Source: Pseudomonadota bacterium (GTDB lineage Bacteria > Bdellovibrionota > FAC87 > UBA2466). Taken from it: 64,000 nt of DNA. Positions 59,769 through 64,000 of this stretch are shown piece by piece. The stretch lies in contig JAYUGC010000085.1 in the NCBI GenBank assembly GCA_043767805.1, positions 1 through 64,000 of the forward strand, written 5' to 3'. Made by a program: the position numbers and the translations under genes. The notes beneath the pieces were generated by a model. It had not been told where the DNA came from. It saw only the letters and a program-made list of their open reading frames with translations, and ran no database searches. Positions within the stretch are counted from its first letter, which is position 1; each line of letters begins with the position of its first letter.

Positions 59769-61522
59769 GCCCCGCCGCCCAGAGACTACCGCAGTACCTA
59801 AAGAAATTCGCCGCGGTCCAGGACTACGAGAAATATACGGCCGAAGATCATGCGGCTTGGCGCTACATCATGCGGCAAAATCGCGCGTTCTTTAGTAAGC
59901 ACGCGGTCCCGATTTACGTCGAGGGCTTGAAGCACACCGGCATTCCGCTCGATCGCATCCCGCGCATCAACGAGATGGATGAGTGCCTTTCGAAGTTCGG
60001 CTGGGGCGCGGTTCCGGTGGTGGGCTTCATTCCGCCCGCGGCTTTTTTGGAGTTTCAGGCACTCGGCATTCTTCCCATCGCGTGCGACATGCGCACCATC
60101 AATCATGTCGCCTACACTCCGGCGCCCGACATCGTGCACGAAGCCGCGGGACACGCGCCGATTATCGCCGACAAGAATTACGCCGCTTACCTGCACCTCT
60201 ACGCCCACATGGCGCAGAAGGCGATTCAATCCATCGAGGACATCCGGGTGTACGAAGCCATCCGTTATCTTTCCGACATTAAGGAAAACCCGGATACGAA
60301 ACCGGGCGAAGTGGAGCGCGCCGAAGCGAGGCTGAAAGCGGTGACCGCCGCAGTGACTTACGTTTCGGAAGGCACCAAAGTCGCGCGCATGGCCTGGTGG
60401 ACCGTGGAGTACGGTCTAGTCGGCGATTTGGAAAACCCGCAGATTTACGGCGCGGGGCTCTTGTCTTCCATTGGAGAGAGCCAGCTTTGCCTTTCCCCGA
60501 AGGTGAAAAAGATTCCGCTCACGGTGAAGTGCGTGGAAACTTCCTACGACATCACCGAGCCTCAGCCGCAGCTTTTCGTGGCGCCCGATCTCGACCACCT
60601 CGTCGAGGTTCTCCACGACTTGGAAAAAACTTTGTCCTTTAAGCTGGGTGGTCTCGAAGGCCTGCGCCGCGCGAAGCAGGCGGAGACGATGAACACCGTG
60701 GTACTCGACTCCGGCCTCGAAGTGAGTGGCGTGGTGGACGAGATTATCGACGATAACGGGACACCGGTTTTCTTCAAGCTCAGAGGCCCGGTGCACCTCG
60801 CTGTCGACGGGGAACAACTTTCCGGTCAAGGCCCGAGTCGCCATCCCTCGGGATTTAGCTCCCCCGTGGGCCGCTGGGAAGGCGCTCCCGATCCCACCCG
60901 TCTCGACGACTCCGCTCTTTCACGCTTGGGTCTCAAAGCCGGGCAACCGGGTGAGATTCGTTTTGCTTCCGGGTTTCAGCTTCGTGGCACTCTGGTGAAG
61001 ACCTATCGAAAGAAAGAGCGTCTCGTTTGCCTGACCTTTGCGAACGCCACGATCACCCGGGGCGGAACCACTTATTTTAAGCCCGATTGGGGTGAGCTCG
61101 ATCTCGCGGTCGGCACTTCGATCCCATCGGTGTACGGTGGCCCCGCCGATCGCGCGGTCTACGAAGATCTCGACATCGGCGCCGCCACCACCAACCCGGG
61201 CCGCGCGACGCCTTTCACGCCGGAAGAAAAGAAAACGCACGCCGTTTACGAAAGCATCAGAAAATTGCGGGAAAGCGCTTCCTCCGAGTTGGAACCCACT
61301 TTATCGGTGCTCGGCCAGGACGTCGCCGATCACCACGGCAAGGAATGGCTCGTCGGCATCGAGATCTTGGAAATGGTCCGCCAGCGCCTCGGCAAGCCCA
61401 TTGCTTCGCTTCCCTGGGCGAAACGCCTCGAGGAGAGTCTCATGACCCGCGCCAAATCGGGCGAGAGGCCGACTTCCGAGCTCATCGAAAAAGGTCTGAC
61501 CCTGCTCTCCACTCCCGACTAG
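59765..61522 (+). CDS. phhA: Aromatic amino acid hydroxylase (long-form phenylalanine 4-monooxygenase)
   Basis: YTPAPDIVHEAAGH, WWTVEYG, IYGAGLLSSIGES, YDITEPQPQLFV. Confidence 0.88.
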   Translation: MSPAAQRLPQYLKKFAAVQDYEKYTAEDHAAWRYIMRQNRAFFSKHAVPIYVEGLKHTGIPLDRIPRINEMDECLSKFGWGAVPVVGFIPPAAFLEFQALGILPIACDMRTINHVAYTPAPDIVHEAAGHAPIIADKNYAAYLHLYAHMAQKAIQSIEDIRVYEAIRYLSDIKENPDTKPGEVERAEARLKAVTAAVTYVSEGTKVARMAWWTVEYGLVGDLENPQIYGAGLLSSIGESQLCLSPKVKKIPLTVKCVETSYDITEPQPQLFVAPDLDHLVEVLHDLEKTLSFKLGGLEGLRRAKQAETMNTVVLDSGLEVSGVVDEIIDDNGTPVFFKLRGPVHLAVDGEQLSGQGPSRHPSGFSSPVGRWEGAPDPTRLDDSALSRLGLKAGQPGEIRFASGFQLRGTLVKTYRKKERLVCLTFANATITRGGTTYFKPDWGELDLAVGTSIPSVYGGPADRAVYEDLDIGAATTNPGRATPFTPEEKKTHAVYESIRKLRESASSELEPTLSVLGQDVADHHGKEWLVGIEILEMVRQRLGKPIASLPWAKRLEESLMTRAKSGERPTSELIEKGLTLLSTPD

Positions 61523-61531
61523 AATAGATCG

Positions 61532-62236
61532 ATGGCTCGTGGCGCGGTTCTAATCTGGGCTCTTCTCGCCAGCTCGCTAGTCCGAGCCGACACCACGACT
61601 CCGGCGTGCCCCTATAAAGAGGTTACTCCGAATTTTCTGTCATGGGTCGATCCCGTCGCTACGGCCGCCCGGCTAAAATCGGAGGAGGGTAAGCGCTTCT
61701 ACCAGTCGACCCCCCACACCTATGCCACCGCCGATGGCGGGCAAATGGAAGTGACCCTAGGCAAGGGAACGACCAGCGAGAAGAACTATCTCACCGTGAA
61801 AAGAAACGGCGTTGAGGTCAACGCTCTCGTCTATGTCTTGAATGCCGAAAAGCCCGACTACGTCTTCGTGGAAGAGACCAGGACCCCTGAGAAATTCCGA
61901 CGGCAAAAAGCCTCGGAGTCGCTTTTCAAAGTGCTCTTCGAATTGCACCCCGAGATGAAGCGCGCCGAAGGCAGGTTCTCCTGGTTCAACTTTCAAAGAG
62001 TCGCCGAAATTCTTGCCGGCAAGGAAGTCCTGTCCGTCGCCGAACAAGAGAAACTCGTCGCGGCCGCCATTGCCGCTCCCGACAAGTCCGCGCTCCTTCA
62101 CGCCGTTGAAAAGGCACCTACCGGTCGAGTGATGGGGCGCCTCGGTTTCAAAGCAGATCCTGCCTCGCTTCAATTCATTGCGGGTGCCGACACCTCGAAC
62201 GGGGATCCTCTGCTCAATGTCGTCTGGACCCGTTGA
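61532..62236 (+). CDS. Hypothetical secreted protein (possible GNAT-like segment)
   Basis: Signal peptide; PEKFRRQKASESLF resembles an acetyl-CoA binding motif. Confidence 0.55.
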   Translation: MARGAVLIWALLASSLVRADTTTPACPYKEVTPNFLSWVDPVATAARLKSEEGKRFYQSTPHTYATADGGQMEVTLGKGTTSEKNYLTVKRNGVEVNALVYVLNAEKPDYVFVEETRTPEKFRRQKASESLFKVLFELHPEMKRAEGRFSWFNFQRVAEILAGKEVLSVAEQEKLVAAAIAAPDKSALLHAVEKAPTGRVMGRLGFKADPASLQFIAGADTSNGDPLLNVVWTR

Positions 62237-62351
62237 TCCTTGCCGCAACAAAAGTTCACGCCCCGAATTGACTCGGTGCATATACGTTCTGTAGATTCTT
62301 GCCTTCTCGGCCAAACCGACTAATCAAAATATTGATTTTTAAGGAGTTTCC

Positions 62352-62855
62352 ATGCGCAGCCTTATCGCAACCGCCCTCACTTTGTTAGTTTCCACGGCGG
62401 CCTTCGCCGTAACCAATCTTCCCCCTTCCCTGGGACTGTTGGTGACGCACCCTCAGTTCATGGCCCTCGTGACGAAAGCCACGGAAGAAGTAAAAGCGGC
62501 GGAGCGAAACGACACTTATTTTCTGGATGCCGTGCATGCCGAGAAGCAAAAGGCGCACATTCATCTCCTCGCCAACTTGAAGGGCGAGCTCACGGAAGAG
62601 CTCAACGCGGAATTCGAAGTCCAGGCGCAAGCGCTTGGGAAATTGCGGGCCGAGAAAAATTTCAACTTCAACCGCGTGTCTCTGGGCTCGTTCGAGTATT
62701 CCAACAACGATAAATCCGTCACCGTGGTTTTAAATCGCGAGGACGTGCACCATTACCCGCCGCATTTCACGGCGTTCAAGACGATTCAGGCCGACCTCGA
62801 AGGCGGGTACGGCGACTATACGGTGGAGATCTCGAACATCCGCTTCGCGAAGTAA
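62352..62855 (+). CDS. Hypothetical secreted protein
   Basis: AAGGAG SD; signal peptide ending AFA; host-like codon usage. Confidence 0.75.
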   Translation: MRSLIATALTLLVSTAAFAVTNLPPSLGLLVTHPQFMALVTKATEEVKAAERNDTYFLDAVHAEKQKAHIHLLANLKGELTEELNAEFEVQAQALGKLRAEKNFNFNRVSLGSFEYSNNDKSVTVVLNREDVHHYPPHFTAFKTIQADLEGGYGDYTVEISNIRFAK

Positions 62856-62963
62856 CTCAATATTGCGTGAACGCAATGTGAGCCTCCTTTATAAGGTAAC
62901 TGTGTGTGGGAGAGCGCTAGACAGCTTCACAGTTCGAATTCGCAAGCCGCGAAGCCGACTTAC

Positions 62964-63380
62964 TTAAGGAGCCAGTTCGATGGCATGCACCAAGTGCATT
63001 AAGGTGGCATTTCCGCTCTCCCTGGCTTGGGTCAGCAGCAGCGAGGGGTCACCTAGGCGCTTTTTGAGAGCGGGAAGCAGATCTTTTCTGCCGTTGGATT
63101 TCGCAAATCTGGCCACGCCCATCACTTGGTCCGGGCTCGCTTCCGCTATAAATTGGGATAAAGCGCCTGTCGCACCGAGGCCCATCTCCTTCAGAGCTGA
63201 TTCATAGGTCACCTGACTAGAGGTATTGATATCCAGGGCGGCCTTCATGAACTCGGCAGCAAATCCACTTCCCATGGGGCCGAGTAAGCCAATTTCATAC
63301 GCCGCCCCTCTTCGATAATAATCCTCGGGGCTCGGCTGCTTGCGGATTTGGCTTCGACGGGAAGGCCGGAGCTGAAAGAT
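62964..63380 (-). pseudogene. Probable 5'-truncated HEAT-repeat-like remnant (or short ORF from ATG 63275)
   Basis: Frame stays open 35 codons upstream of ATG 63275 (..EDYYRRGAAYEIGLLGPMG..) without an ATG/GTG/TTG start, up to the REP half-site. Confidence 0.45.
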
Positions 63381-63384
63381 CTAC

Positions 63385-64000
63385 CTAAGTACCTTTTAAG
63401 ACAAGCCAGGCGGCGGAGAACTCGATGTGGGAGATCGTGTCGCGGTTGTAGCTGTAGGTTAAATGGAAATTCCCGTCGGTGGACGGGAATAAACACGGGT
63501 AACCGAAGCTTCCCTTTCCGGTTTCGAAGTCCCAGATCTTTTTGAAAAAGACGCCATCCTCGGAGACGGCAAGACTGAGGGGCGAACGACCGGTTAGGCT
63601 GTCGTTGTAAGCGAGATAGATTTTATCTCCCACCTTGAGGGCGTCCACCGCCGCATCGGAATTCGGAAGATTCGTCGGCACTAGGGTAGACCATTGTCGC
63701 GTCGTTAGATCGAGAACCGAGTACAAAACGTTCCCGCCGTTTTTCTTTCGGAGATAGGCCCCCACGGTATTCGGCGAAACTCGCACGAGAGTCGGCTGGA
63801 GATGTCCCTCGCCCGGAATGCGGTACGTCGCCTGACTCTGAATCTTTCCTTGGCGAAGCACGAGGTCGAAAACGTAACCGTAGTGATTCAAGAACTCGCG
63901 GTAGACCGGCAGGAGAAAACGATTCGCGGAAATTTTTAGCGCGCGGTTGCGAGGCAGATGGCCGAAATTGCCAAACGATCCTACCAGGCGCCTGGGAGCG
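63385..64000 (-). CDS. BNR-repeat/sialidase-family protein (5' part outside window)
   Basis: RN..LLPVYRE, LQPT, TNLPNSDA, RSPLSLAVSEDG, FGYP, LTYSYNR.I.H; frame open to window edge. Confidence 0.85.
   Translation of the reverse strand, partial: APRRLVGSFGNFGHLPRNRALKISANRFLLPVYREFLNHYGYVFDLVLRQGKIQSQATYRIPGEGHLQPTLVRVSPNTVGAYLRKKNGGNVLYSVLDLTTRQWSTLVPTNLPNSDAAVDALKVGDKIYLAYNDSLTGRSPLSLAVSEDGVFFKKIWDFETGKGSFGYPCLFPSTDGNFHLTYSYNRDTISHIEFSAAWLVLKGT
63388..63405. repeat. REP-like half element
   Basis: Reverse complement cttgtcttaaaaggtact is identical to 14337-14354; encodes the last codons of the BNR gene. Confidence 0.7.

Overview
Bacterial chromosomal window of moderately high GC. The organism is probably Bdellovibrionota-like or deltaproteobacterial, inferred from a TIGR02147/DUF4423 gene, a secreted 'GNGG' protein, PilZ-mltD and carD-ispD-ispF-cysS. 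Housekeeping blocks are trxB, hisS-aspS, maf-yggS-divIVA, carD-ispDF-cysS, lepA-lepB, rpsB-tsf-pyrH-frr-uppS-cdsA-dxr, rseP and uvrC. Accessory material between them: (1) an rfbBACD/carbamoyltransferase-SxtJ-DUF5989 surface-glycan locus; (2) a full set of homologs of the Campylobacter O-methyl-phosphoramidate (MeOPN) precursor enzymes (Cj1415-Cj1419 types), with no recognisable Cj1421/22 transferase but an abutting sulfotransferase-fold gene (candidate new phosphoramidate transferase) and a G10 tract in the divergent promoter; (3) a cluster of secreted/lipoprotein unknowns, including an M4/M36-type protease whose FTP/PepSY propeptide appears to be a separate downstream gene, with five sigma54-type promoters across the window; (4) five copies of an AT-rich REP-like palindrome family, two of them directly beside start-less gene remnants. 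No rRNA, tRNA, CRISPR array or transposase was recognised. All assignments come from motif recognition and recall; no database searches were run.
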